Under the pieces are notes generated by a model. It saw only the letters and a list, made by a program, of their open reading frames with translations, had not been told where the DNA came from and did no database searches. DNA of 64,000 nucleotides from an uncultured Chloroflexia bacterium. GTDB taxonomy: Bacteria > Chloroflexota > Anaerolineae > JAAYZQ01. Positions 29,679 to 40,399 of this stretch are shown here, piece by piece. The position numbers and the translations under genes are program-made. Position 1 is the stretch's first letter. Each line of letters starts with the position of its first letter. The DNA lies in contig CAVOXA010000010.1 of assembly GCA_963700285.1 (NCBI GenBank), forward strand, positions 1,664,001 through 1,728,000, read 5' to 3'.

Positions 29679-32600
29679 ATGGAGCGGAAAAGTGCAATAA
29701 AAGGACTGATCGTGTTGGTGTTGGCCCTGCCATCCATTGTGGCGTTGCTGCCAATGGGCCATAAAAGCGTGGCGGCCACGCCGGTCGTGGATGTGGCTGA
29801 GAGAGCCAGAGTCGCCTCTGATGGGGTCTTTCCCGACTTTGACCACGTCGTCATCGACGACAATCCGCCATCTACCTACCGGATTACCGATATCCAGATT
29901 GGTGACATTAGCGGCGATGGTCTTCCCGACGTCTGGACAGCCGGCCGGGGAGAGGGAGCAAGCGCCGACCAAATGGTGTGGTACAAGAACCCGGACTGGA
30001 ACAGGTACGCCATCTCACCCGGTGACTATGTGTATGGCAATCTGGGTGACTTTGACGGGGACGGCGACCTGGACGTCGTGGCCGGACAGTTCGATGATGA
30101 CCGCATTTATTGGTTCGAGAACACGGGCCAACCCGAGCAGGGAGACTGGCCCAAATCCTACCTGGGTGTGAGTCCCTGGCCTGACGTGGTCCTTGTTGGC
30201 GACATTGACAAGGATGACCGTCTGGACGTCGTCTATCTGTACAAGGACTCATGGGGCTGGGCAAAGAACCCGTCTAATCCAAAGAATATCTGGTCTGACT
30301 ATACGATCTGGTCGGGTGGTAAGCGGACGGGTGGAGTATTGGCCGACATTGACCGGGATGGCGATCTGGACCTCGTATACGGCAATTCCTGGTTCGAGAA
30401 CCCACTGCCTGGCGGGGATCCCACCCGGGGCAGCCAGTGGGACATGCGCAGCATCGACTCGGGCTGGACCACCGAGGCCCGTAGCGCCGTGGGGGACCTG
30501 AATGGTGATGGCCGGCCCGATGTAGTACTGTCTGGTGAGGAAGATGAGTCCGGTGTCGCCTGGTATATCGCCCCGGCTGACCTGGCCAACGGAAGCTGGA
30601 CCAAGCAGGTCGTAGTCAGCAGCGGATACGAAGGGGTGCACTCGCTGGCTCTGGCGGATTTTGACCGTGATGGAGATTTAGACATCTTTGCTGCCGAGAT
30701 GCATCATGGGACGGACCCGGACAAGGTCACCGTCTTTGAGAATGTAGACAGCAGTTCCAACACCTGGAATGAGCACATCTTTGATACCATCGGCTCGCAC
30801 AACGCCAAGGCTGGCGATCTGGATCTGGATGGCTGGCCCGACCTCGTGGGCAAGAACTACCAGGCTGGCGACCTCCCGCTTCAGGTGGATCTGTGGTGGA
30901 ACCTGGGACTCGGCACGTTACCGGTGGACCAGTGGGAGCGCCACATCATTGACGACGCCCGACCCTGGCGGTCCGTGTTCATCGATGGTGGCGACGTGAA
31001 TGGCGACAGCCTGCCCGACATCGTCACGGGGGGCTGGTGGTATGAGAACCCCGGCAGTCCAGCTGGTTCGTGGATGCGGCATGACATCGGAGGCGAGCTG
31101 TACAACATGGCCGTCCTCCATGACCTGGACAGGGACGGCGACCTGGACATCCTGGGTACTGATGGCCAGCCTGGTGGCGATGTCTTCTACTGGGCAGAGA
31201 ACGATGGCTCGGCCTCATTCACCATCCACTCCAACATCCCACGGGCGGATGGCGACTTTTTGCAGGGCGCGCGGGCGGCGCAGATCGTACCCGGGGGAAA
31301 CCCGGAGGTCCTGCTGTCCTGGCACAATGCGACCAGCACACAGATGTACAGCGTCCCCTCCCCGGCTACGGCCGATTGGTTGTGGGAGGTGCTCAGCTCC
31401 ACGACGAACGGAGAGCAGATGGCGGTGGGCGACATCGACGACGACGGCGACCTGGACATCCATCTGGGAACCCAGTGGCTGCGCAACGACGGGGGCTCGT
31501 GGCAACTTTTCGATGCTTTCGACCTGGGCGATCCTGGCGGCGCTGCCGAACCGGACCGGGTGGAGCTGGCCGATATCGACCTGGATGGAGACCTGGATGT
31601 CGTGATCGGCGCCGAGCAAGCCGAGTGGGTGGTATGGGGCGAAGCACCATCAAACCCAGAAAATTCCTGGACGGAGCATGTGATCGCGAGCAACATTCTG
31701 GGTATGAGCCTGGATGTCGCGGATCTGGACTGGGATGGCGACATCGATCTCGTCGTCGGGGAACATGACCCGCATGACGGCGACGTCGGCCGGGTCATGA
31801 TCTACCAGAATGAGAACAAAGGCGGGAGCTGGAACGAGTTTGAAATCGACTCCGGCCTCGAGCATCATGTGGGGACCCAGTTTGTCGATATCGACAGAGA
31901 TGGGGACCTGGATATCATATCGATCGGCTGGGAGCACAGCAAAACGGTTCTCTACGAGAACAAAGCTACCAGCGGCGGGCCGAGCAACAGGCCACCCAGG
32001 GCGGTTAACGACGACTACTGGGTTGACAAAGGTGGAACGCTGATGGTGGAAGCGCCTGGGGTGCTGGAGAACGATAGTGATCCGGATGGCGACCCTCTGA
32101 CAGCTGCAGAGGCGAGTTGGCCCTCGCACGGGTCACTAGATCTGAACAGCGACGGATCATTCATCTACGAGCATGATGGTAGCGATGTGGTAGGCGATGC
32201 CTTCACCTACGAGGTGAGTGATGGACAGGGTGGCAGCGACGTGGGGACTGTGACCATCACGTTGAAAGGTGCAGGGGCCATCCATGTCCCAGTGTCCGAC
32301 TCCTGGGACGACGCCGAGGAGAGGATCAGCGACGGGAGCGTTGCCCGTAGCGGCGCCGACCTGGAGCTGGGCGAGGACAGCGCGCCCCAGATCGTTGGCC
32401 TCCGCTTCTCCAACGTGCAGATCCCGCGGGGTGCCGCCATCACCTTCGCTTATGTCGAGTTCACCGCCGACGAGACGCACTCCGGCACCACCAACCTGAC
32501 CTTCCACGGCGAGGCCAGCAACAACGCCGCCCCTTTCGACGACAACGATTACCACCTCTCCAGCAGGCCCAAGACCTCAGCCTCCTCAGCCTGGAACAAC

Positions 32601-34580
32601 GTCCCCCCCTGGACCACCATCCATGCCACTTACCAGAGCGCTGACCTGTCGCCCATCGTCCAGGAGATTGTCAACCGCGACGGCTGGTCCCCAGGTAACG
32701 CCCTGGCCATCTACGTGGCCGGCTCCGGCCGCCGTACGGCCGAATCCTACGACGGTGAGCCCACCATGGCCCCCATCCTCCACGTTGAATACGCGCCTCC
32801 GGGCGGCTGCTACACGCTGAGCAGTGCTGTGGATCCGGTGGGTAGTGGGACTGTAAGCACCGATCCGCCGCCCAACTGCGAGGGGACCAAGTACCTGGAC
32901 GGTACTGCCGTCCAGCTCACGGCCAACCCCAGTGCAGTTATACTTTTGCCAACTGGTCCGGTGACCTCACCACCTCCACCAACCCCGACTCGGTCACCAT
33001 GGATGCCGACAAGGCAGTCACTGCCCACTTTGACTCGGTCGCCTGCCATAGCTTGACCATGGCTGTTGACCCTCCAGCAAGTGGCTCCGTCAGTGCCGAC
33101 CCGCTGCCCAATTGTCCCACCGATGCAGATTTGTATGCTGCGGATACGCAGGTAACGCTAACTGCAACCCCTTCTGACCCTTATGACTTTTCCGGCTGGG
33201 CCGGTGATGCCAGCAGTTGCGGCTACAACCCCTCCTGCCTCATCACCATGGATGGCGACAAGTCAGCCACCGCCTACTTTGGCGCTGCCCACAGCCTGTT
33301 AACCGGTTTCAACCTGCTGGCACCCAATGTGGAAACGGACCCGCCAACCACGGCCGAGATGGCACTGGACGATATCGCGGCGCAGGGCGGCGACGTTCGC
33401 ATGCTATGCCGCTGGCTCAGCATGGCCGACAATTGGGAGTGCCACGTCAAGGGCCAGCCCTTTAACAACTATGTCTTGGAGTTGGGCCAAGGTTACGCCT
33501 TCCTGGCTGAGAAGGACAGTACCTGGAGGCGCACGGGCCCGCTGCCCGAGAGCACGGTATCCGTGGACCTCGACCCCATCTGGACCCTGATGGGCTTGCC
33601 CAAGTTGCCCGAGTCGTTCACGGCGGCGGAGCTGCTCCAGGAGGCAACTGCCCAGGGGGGGGATTGCACCGAGATCCAGCGTTGGTCCAATGGCGCTTGG
33701 GAGGGGTACTCCTCGGCCATGCCGGGCCCGGGCTTTGACCTGACCGACGACCAGGGCTACTTTGTCAAGTGTGCGAACAAGATCAGCTACACCCCTGGAG
33801 CGAGTGCGTCGCAGACACAGGCGCCAAGCTGGCCTGAGCCGTCAGAGCCGGAGGTCCTGGTGCCCGTCGCCGATCCGGTCATCTCCGACGTGCTGGTGAC
33901 CAACCGCCGCGACGTTGCCTTTACCGTCACCTGGCGCACCGGTCAACCGAGCACCGGCTGGGTGGAATACGGGGAAGGGACAGCCCTGGGGCAAACAGCC
34001 CATGACGATAGGGGCGAGGGATCTGTCTCGCAAGTGCACCATGTGACCCTCGCCCGGCTGATACCCGAGGCCGACCTACTATTTCCGCGTCCATTCGGGC
34101 GATGGTTCGACCGGTCCTTCGCAGGCTCAGGATGATCTCACCACAGGGACGGTAGACGACAACGATGGGGCGCTCTACAAGGTCACCACCCAAGAGACTA
34201 CCATGCCGCCGATCCCCTACCTGGCCTACGGCCAGGTCGAGACCTCAGATGGCCAGCCGGCCGTGGGCACGCTGGTGCGGGTGTGGTTGTTGGAAGCCCA
34301 ACATGCCCTGAGCGGGGCCGAAGGGGACAAGTCGCCGGAGCCGTTGTCGACGTTGGTTGATGGTCATGGCTACTGGAGCCTGAACCTTAGTTCAGACATG
34401 GACCTGCCGGCTGCAAAGTGTGAGGATCTGCAGCTCAAGCTGGGGGCTTTCGGCCGGCGGGGCAGCGAGGCAGAGCTGATCCAGCCCTCATGTAAAGTCC
34501 AACCCGTGGCGGTATTGGTCCTACAGGAGTAGAGAGCCAGTGAGAGCTATCTACCCCTTGTCTCGCGCCATGTGCCATAG
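29679..34580 (+). CDS. Giant secreted surface protein, paralog 4: two FG-GAP/VCBS propeller sets, Ig-like domain, InlB-B repeats, shared C-terminal module; frameshifts at ~32937 and ~34073, in-frame TAG at 34530
   Basis: More than a dozen GDxDxDGxxD motifs, NRPPRAVNDDY..GVLENDSDPDGD. ORFs 29679..33056, 32999..34135 and 34203..34532 join. After the TAG the frame continues RASESYLPLVSRHVP*. Confidence 0.8.
33187..33775 (+). repeat. Near-identical ~590-bp direct repeat, copy 1 (copy 2 at ~36402-36990)
   Basis: TTTTCCGGCTGGGCCGGTGATGCCAGCAG...TACTTTGTCAAGTGTGC shared between paralogs 4 and 5 with few substitutions. Confidence 0.9.
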
Positions 34581-35003
34581 ACAGTCATAACCGCAGTGAC
34601 GTACTCCGCATCCTGAGGAAAGGAGGGGCAGGTTCTGGCCAGACAGAGCCCATCGGCCGGGCATGATGGCTGTACCTCTGTTGGCGTCGATGGCCACATC
34701 CGTTGCTACGGCTTTAGAGTACCTCCCTCAAGGACTCTTCAGCCCACGCAAGTGCCATGTCGCGGCACCATACCTTTTCCACCGCTGCGTCGGGTCAGTT
34801 GCCTGGATCGCGTGCCGCAGCCCGATCCGGCCCCCTGCAGTGCTTCCTCGTAAGGGATGCCCCCTTCAGTTTTGTTGGGTTGCGCCATTCGCTGCGAAAG
34901 CCCCCAACGAATCTGTCCACAGGCACGAACGAATCGTCGGGCAGAAGCATAGCAAAAGTCATGTGCAGATTCTGTAGGCGCCGTCTGAGTGCCTGAAGGG
35001 CAC

Positions 35004-35032
35004 TTGCACTCCAGGCCGAACAGTGATATAGT
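35004..35032 (+). promoter_or_regulatory. Sigma70-type promoter
   Basis: TTGCAC-17nt-TGATATAGT. Confidence 0.5.
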
Positions 35033-35097
35033 TGGGCCGCCTCCGGCACTGGCGCAGCAACGACCCCCAGAGCCATGGGCAGCGAGGAGGGACCAGC

Positions 35098-37737
35098 ATG
35101 GAACGAAGTGTGAGTTTTCACTGGCTACTGGTATTGGCAGTCCTGCTGCTGCTCGTACACGCGCCAGCGGGCGCGTCAGGGGGACGGGAGGCCATACAGG
35201 CCGCTCCGAGCGCACCTGTGATCACCGTGTGGTACGGGAGCCCCCAGGACTTTGGGGCATTGGGCAACCCCCAACGGCAGATCAACATCCTGGGCCACGC
35301 CACCGACACCAGCAATCTGACCTACTCGCTCAACGGCGGCCCGGACATCGAGTTGGCCATCGAACGCAGCAGTTCGGCGGCGGTGCCCAGCGAGGCAACA
35401 GCGATCCCACAGGCAGATCAGGGGCCGGACAGCGTCAGGGTCCGCGGCCCCTTGGGCGATCCAGGGCCAATGGGGCTTGACGCGGCAGCGGCCCTACTGG
35501 TCAGCCCCAGCCCACGCCTGGCGCAGCCGGGCGATTTCAACGCCGAGATCAACACTGCCGACCTCAGGGATGGCCCCAACACTGTGACCCTCAAGGCCAA
35601 CGACGGCCAGGCCACCGAGACGGTGGCGGTGAACTACTATGCTGGAAACACCTGGCCCCAGCCCTACTCCATCGATTGGGACAGCGTGGCTGACATCCGG
35701 GACGTGGTGCAGGTCGTGGATGGCCAATGGGCCAAGGATGGCGACAGCATCCGCACCATGGCCACAGGCTACGACCGGATCGTGGCCCTCGGCGACATCG
35801 GCTGGGATGACTTTCAGGTGACGGTGCCAGTCACCATCCACAGTTTTCCAGACCCAAATGCCGGCGGCGTGGGTGTCGTGGCCCGCTGGCAGGGGCACTT
35901 TCAGATCGACAACGAGCAGCCTGGGCGTGGCTGGTGGCAGATCGGGGCCTATGGGTTCTACCGAAATCGGGACGCCAATAATGGCGGCCCCAAGCTGGCC
36001 ATTTACACAGGCCACTATGACATTCTCAAAGATGAGAGTGGTTACAGGGTGCCGCTGAACACCCCCCATTACTTCAAGCTGCGTGCCCAAACCAAGGTGC
36101 CGGGCGAGAGCGGATTCTATAGCTTCAAAGCGTGGCAGGTGGGCACACCTGAACCGGAAAGCTGGGTCTTTGAAGTCCAGGATGTCCCGCCCGACGAAAT
36201 GTTCAATGGTTCGGTCCTGCTGGTAGCCCACGAAGCAGATGCCAGCTTTGGCGACGTCGAGATCCTCCCAGTATTGGACGTTGATGTTCAAACCGTGGGC
36301 AGTGGCTCAGTCCTCATCAGCCCCGAGTTGACCGGCGCCTCGGATGCCTATCTCTATGGTGACACCATCGAACTCACTGCCACGCCGGCCCCTGGTTGGG
36401 TCTTTTCCGGCTGGGCCGGTGATGCCAGCAGTTGCGGCTACAACCCCTCCTGCCTCATCACCATGGATGCCGACAAGTCAGCCACCGCCTACTTTGGCGC
36501 TGCCCACAGCCTGTTAACCGGTTTCAACCTGCTGGCGCCCAACGTGGAAACGGACCCGCCAACCACGGCCGAGATGGCACTGGACGATATCGCGGCGCAG
36601 GGCGGCGACGTTCGCATGCTATGCCGCTGGCTCAGCATGGCCGACAATTGGGAGTGCCACGTCAAGGACCAGCCCTTTAACAACTATGTCTTGGAATTGG
36701 GCCAAGGTTACGCCTTCCTGGCCAGCAAGGACAGTACCTGGAGGCGCACGGGCCCGAAGCCCGAGAGCACCCTATCCGTGGACCTCGACCCTATCTGGAC
36801 CCTGATGGGCTTGCCCAAGTTGCCCGAGTCGTTCACGGCGGCGGAGCTGCTCCAGGAGGCAACTGCCCAGGGGGGGGATTGCACCGAGATCCAGCGTTGG
36901 TCCAATGGCGCTTGGGAGGGGTACTCCTCGGCCATGCCGGGCCCGGGCTTTGACCTGACCGACGACCAGGGTTACTTTGTCAAGTGTGCCAATGCCATCA
37001 CTCACACCCCTGGAGCGAGTGCATCGCAGGTACAGGCGCCAAGCTGGCCTCCGGCGTCGCAGCCTGAGGTGCTGGCGCCGGTGCCCGATCCGGTCATCTC
37101 TGACGTCCAGGTGACCAACCGCCGGGATGTCGTTCTGAGCATCACCTGGCGGACGGACCAGCCGAGCACTGGCTGGGTGGAGTACGGAGAGAAGACGGCC
37201 CTGGGCCAGACAGCCCATGACGACCAGGGTGAGGGGGCAGTCTCGCAGGTACACCACGTGACCCTCATCGGCCTAACACCCGAGACGACCTACTACTTCC
37301 GCGTCCATTCGGGCGAAACCGTGGACAATAACGATGGAGATCTGTACCAGCTCACGACAAAGGCTACTGAACTGCCGCCGGTACCTTTCCTGGCCTATGG
37401 CCAGATCCTAACCCCGGACAAGAAACCAGCAGTGGGCGCGCTGGTCCGGGCCTGGCTGGTGGATGAGGCCGGCAACGAGGCCGAGCCACTCTCGGCGCTG
37501 GTAGATGGCTATGGCTATTGGTCCCTGAACCTCAGTTCAGGCATGGACCTGCCCGTGCAGGAATGCAAGGGACTGTACCTCAGGCTGGAGGTTGTCGGCC
37601 ATGGAGGCGGTGAGGCGGAGATCATCCAGCCGGCGTGTGAGGTGCAGCCCGTGGCCACGATCGAGCTGCCCGCAAAGAGCCCCACTGGGGAGACGATGGA
37701 GCTATACCTGCCCCTGATCCTGCGGCAGGCTCCATAG
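35098..37737 (+). CDS. Secreted surface protein, paralog 5: Ig-like and lectin/jelly-roll-like region, InlB-B repeat, shared C-terminal module
   Basis: GAGGAGG RBS, ATG 35098, signal peptide, shared module, ends LYLPLILRQAP. Confidence 0.85.
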   Translation: MERSVSFHWLLVLAVLLLLVHAPAGASGGREAIQAAPSAPVITVWYGSPQDFGALGNPQRQINILGHATDTSNLTYSLNGGPDIELAIERSSSAAVPSEATAIPQADQGPDSVRVRGPLGDPGPMGLDAAAALLVSPSPRLAQPGDFNAEINTADLRDGPNTVTLKANDGQATETVAVNYYAGNTWPQPYSIDWDSVADIRDVVQVVDGQWAKDGDSIRTMATGYDRIVALGDIGWDDFQVTVPVTIHSFPDPNAGGVGVVARWQGHFQIDNEQPGRGWWQIGAYGFYRNRDANNGGPKLAIYTGHYDILKDESGYRVPLNTPHYFKLRAQTKVPGESGFYSFKAWQVGTPEPESWVFEVQDVPPDEMFNGSVLLVAHEADASFGDVEILPVLDVDVQTVGSGSVLISPELTGASDAYLYGDTIELTATPAPGWVFSGWAGDASSCGYNPSCLITMDADKSATAYFGAAHSLLTGFNLLAPNVETDPPTTAEMALDDIAAQGGDVRMLCRWLSMADNWECHVKDQPFNNYVLELGQGYAFLASKDSTWRRTGPKPESTLSVDLDPIWTLMGLPKLPESFTAAELLQEATAQGGDCTEIQRWSNGAWEGYSSAMPGPGFDLTDDQGYFVKCANAITHTPGASASQVQAPSWPPASQPEVLAPVPDPVISDVQVTNRRDVVLSITWRTDQPSTGWVEYGEKTALGQTAHDDQGEGAVSQVHHVTLIGLTPETTYYFRVHSGETVDNNDGDLYQLTTKATELPPVPFLAYGQILTPDKKPAVGALVRAWLVDEAGNEAEPLSALVDGYGYWSLNLSSGMDLPVQECKGLYLRLEVVGHGGGEAEIIQPACEVQPVATIELPAKSPTGETMELYLPLILRQAP
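36402..36990 (+). repeat. Near-identical ~590-bp direct repeat, copy 2
   Basis: Matches 33187-33775. Confidence 0.9.
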
Positions 37738-37763
37738 GGATGCAGTCGCTGAGCACTGCGAAA

Positions 37764-37800
37764 AGAGAGCCCTGATCGAGTGTGGCCAGGGCTCCTCTCT
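37764..37800 (+). terminator. Stem-loop after paralog 5
   Basis: AGAGAGCCCTG...CAGGGCTCCTCTCT. Confidence 0.55.
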
Positions 37801-38432
37801 GTGCTTGCATCTCAACCATCACCCTAAAGGGAACCGCGACAGGTCCTTCTTGGACACTTTGAGCACGAAGGGTCCTGCAAAGCACCCAACCCCTCTTGTC
37901 TTTGGAGGCTCGGCTTGTTATTCTTCCGAAAACCGCCAACTCATGCTCAGAGTCACGGCTGGGGTGTCACTTGCTAGCGAGATGATTGTCTTGTCTGCAG
38001 ATGCTCCGCCTACGAGGTTTGTTGCTGGGCAGCGTTTCGGGTATAATCCGCGAGGACAATCCTTTCCGCAAGGATCACCCAGCGATTTGTGCCACGTCTC
38101 GTATCAGGTCAGGTCCGGTTTGGCAATACCATGCGGGTGGTCAGTAGAAAACGGTCTTTTGGACTGTGACCACGTACATGAGTGCACCTGATCGCAATTC
38201 ACAATGGCTGGGTCCAGGTAAGCATCAGCGTACTCCCAAGAATGTGCTCTGTAGGGTTGCCCAAATCACTCCCCAGTATCCTCTGATCTCCGGCCTCATG
38301 CAGGATCACGATGCATTTGGTCCTTCTCCGCTGGTGAGTACGTCCGAACAACCTTGTGCTTGTGCATGCCATCGAGTGCAATGCAACACGAGAAGTACAC
38401 AGGTTGTGTTGACTTGCGTCCCGCAGTACCTG

Positions 38433-38441
38433 TGATAAAAT
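38433..38441 (+). promoter_or_regulatory. Extended -10 promoter, likely leaderless uvrC transcript
   Basis: TG-A-TAAAAT 6 nt before the ATG, no Shine-Dalgarno. Confidence 0.55.
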
Positions 38442-38447
38442 GAACCC

Positions 38448-40313
38448 ATGGCAAGCAAGGCCCCTAATCACCTTCAAGAGAATTTGGATTCTTTGCCCAC
38501 CAAGCCGGGTGTGTATCTCATGAAGGATGCTGATGAGCACATCCTATATGTGGGCAAAGCGATCAACCTGCGCGCCCGTGTGCGCTCCTACTTTCACGCC
38601 TCGGCTGAGGCCAACCCCAAGGTCAAGCGGCTGGTCGCTGCCATTGCCGATTTCGATTTCATCGTCACTGCTTCGGAATTGGAGGCGCTGATCCTGGAAA
38701 GCACGCTCATCAAGCGCCACAAACCAAAGTATAACGTCCGGCTGAAAGACGACAAGCGCTACCCTTATATCAAGATCACCTGGCAGGAGGACTTTCCCCG
38801 AATCCTCATCGTGCGGCGAATGGAGCGGGATGGGGCTCGTTACTTTGGACCCTTTACTGCCTCGTGGGCCGTGCAGCAGACGCTGCAGACCCTGCGCCGT
38901 GTCTTTCCCTATCTGACTTGCAACCGGACCATTACCGGCCAGGACGAGCGAGCTTGCCTTTATCTGGATATTGGGCTCTGCCTGGGGCCGTGCATCGGCG
39001 CGGCGAGCAAAGAAGAATACCGGGCCATGATCGATGGGCTGTGTCATTTTTTGGAAGGCAAGGTGGACGTCGTCGTGGCTGACCTGGAGGCCCGGATGCA
39101 GGCCGCCGCTGACCAATGGGATTTTGAACAGGCGGCTATCCACCGCGACCAATTGGACGCTATCCGGCGGGTCATCGAGCGGCAAAAGATCGTCTCGGCG
39201 GCCATGGCCGACCAAGATGTCGTCGCTTTTGCCCGGGCCGACGGTGACGCTTGCGTGCAGGTCTTTTTTATTCGCCACGGCCGGCTCATCGGCCGCGAGT
39301 ATTTTGTATTGGATGGGGCGGCGGAGGAGACGGACCCCGAGATTGTGGCTTCCTTTGTCAAGCAGTTTTACGATGAGGCGGCTTACGTACCCCCCGAGAT
39401 CCTCTTGCCCCACGAGATCGATGAGGCATTGGTTATCCAGGAGTGGCTGCGCAGCCGGCGGGGCAACAAAGTGGTACTTAAGGTGCCGCGCAGAGGTCAG
39501 AAGCGGGAATTGCTAGACATGGCGACCGAGAATGCATCGGAGACCCTCAGCCACCTCCGCGCGCAGTGGCAGGTTGATGAGGGCCGGCAGAGCAATGCCC
39601 TGGCCGAACTGCAGGAGAGCTTGGGCTTGCAGTCTCCACCCAACCGCATCGAGTGCTATGACGTCTCGACGACGCAGGGTACGGCCACCACAGGGTCCAT
39701 GGTCGTCTTTGTCAAGGGTGTGCCCCGCAAGAGTGATTACCGCAAGTTCAAGATCCGCACTGTCGAGGGCACCGATGATTATGCCAGCATGCGCGAAATG
39801 CTGCGCCGTCGCTTCCGCAGGGTCAAGGATCCGCAGCTACCACAGTCGGAGGATGCACCGGGTGGCAAGAAATCAACCTGGGACCTACTGCCCGACCTGT
39901 TGGTAGTGGATGGCGGCAAGGGCCAGCTCAACATGGCTCTGGAGGTTTTGGCTGAATATGAGTTGCGCGATATCGTGCCGGTGGTCGGCTTGGCCAAGCA
40001 GGAAGAGGAGATCTTTGTGCCTGATCGGCCCGACTCTGTCAGGTTGCCACGTACTTCGGAAGGGCTGTACCTGATGCAGCGTGTCCGAGACGAAGCCCAC
40101 CGCTTTGCCATCACCTATCACCGCAAGGTAAGGGCCAAACAGACCATCATCTCCCAACTGGACGGTGTGCCCGGCATCGGTCCCAAGCGGCGTTCGGCGT
40201 TGTTGAAGCACTTTGGTTCCATTGATGCCATCCGCGCGGCCACCGAGGAGGAACTGGCCGCCGTGCCGGGCATGACGCGCAAGGCAGCAGAGCAGCTCAA
40301 AACGAGTCTATAG
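38448..40313 (+). CDS. uvrC: Excinuclease ABC subunit C
   Basis: GIY-YIG (PGVYLM..LYVGKA), Cys cluster, RIECYDVS, VDGGKGQL, RVRDEAHRFA, HhH motifs. Confidence 0.98.
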   Translation: MASKAPNHLQENLDSLPTKPGVYLMKDADEHILYVGKAINLRARVRSYFHASAEANPKVKRLVAAIADFDFIVTASELEALILESTLIKRHKPKYNVRLKDDKRYPYIKITWQEDFPRILIVRRMERDGARYFGPFTASWAVQQTLQTLRRVFPYLTCNRTITGQDERACLYLDIGLCLGPCIGAASKEEYRAMIDGLCHFLEGKVDVVVADLEARMQAAADQWDFEQAAIHRDQLDAIRRVIERQKIVSAAMADQDVVAFARADGDACVQVFFIRHGRLIGREYFVLDGAAEETDPEIVASFVKQFYDEAAYVPPEILLPHEIDEALVIQEWLRSRRGNKVVLKVPRRGQKRELLDMATENASETLSHLRAQWQVDEGRQSNALAELQESLGLQSPPNRIECYDVSTTQGTATTGSMVVFVKGVPRKSDYRKFKIRTVEGTDDYASMREMLRRRFRRVKDPQLPQSEDAPGGKKSTWDLLPDLLVVDGGKGQLNMALEVLAEYELRDIVPVVGLAKQEEEIFVPDRPDSVRLPRTSEGLYLMQRVRDEAHRFAITYHRKVRAKQTIISQLDGVPGIGPKRRSALLKHFGSIDAIRAATEEELAAVPGMTRKAAEQLKTSL

Positions 40314-40355
40314 AAGATGGCATCTTGACCAGGGGCAGGGCAAGATGCCATCTTG
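40314..40355. repeat. REP-like inverted pair / bidirectional terminator between uvrC and the VIT-vWA gene
   Basis: AAGATGGCATCTTG...CAAGATGCCATCTT, each arm itself palindromic. Confidence 0.65.
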
Positions 40356-40399
40356 CGTTGCAAAAGCGTCGCTTGTGACGTCCCAGCAGGGTTTGGCAA

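Noticed and set aside
34530-34532. Pyrrolysine recoding
   Set aside because: No pyl genes in the window, TAG serves as a normal stop for many genes here, and the site is in a variable linker.
34581-35003. Riboswitch or small ORF in the 420-bp gap before paralog 5
   Set aside because: No recognisable aptamer consensus, and the ORFs lack an RBS or protein-like composition.
33187-36990. Diversity-generating retroelement TR/VR pair
   Set aside because: Differences between the copies are not adenine-specific, both copies are in-frame coding, and no reverse transcriptase is present.
38340-38430. LexA/SOS box upstream of uvrC
   Set aside because: No convincing GAAC-N4-GTTC or CTGT-N8-ACAG palindrome found.
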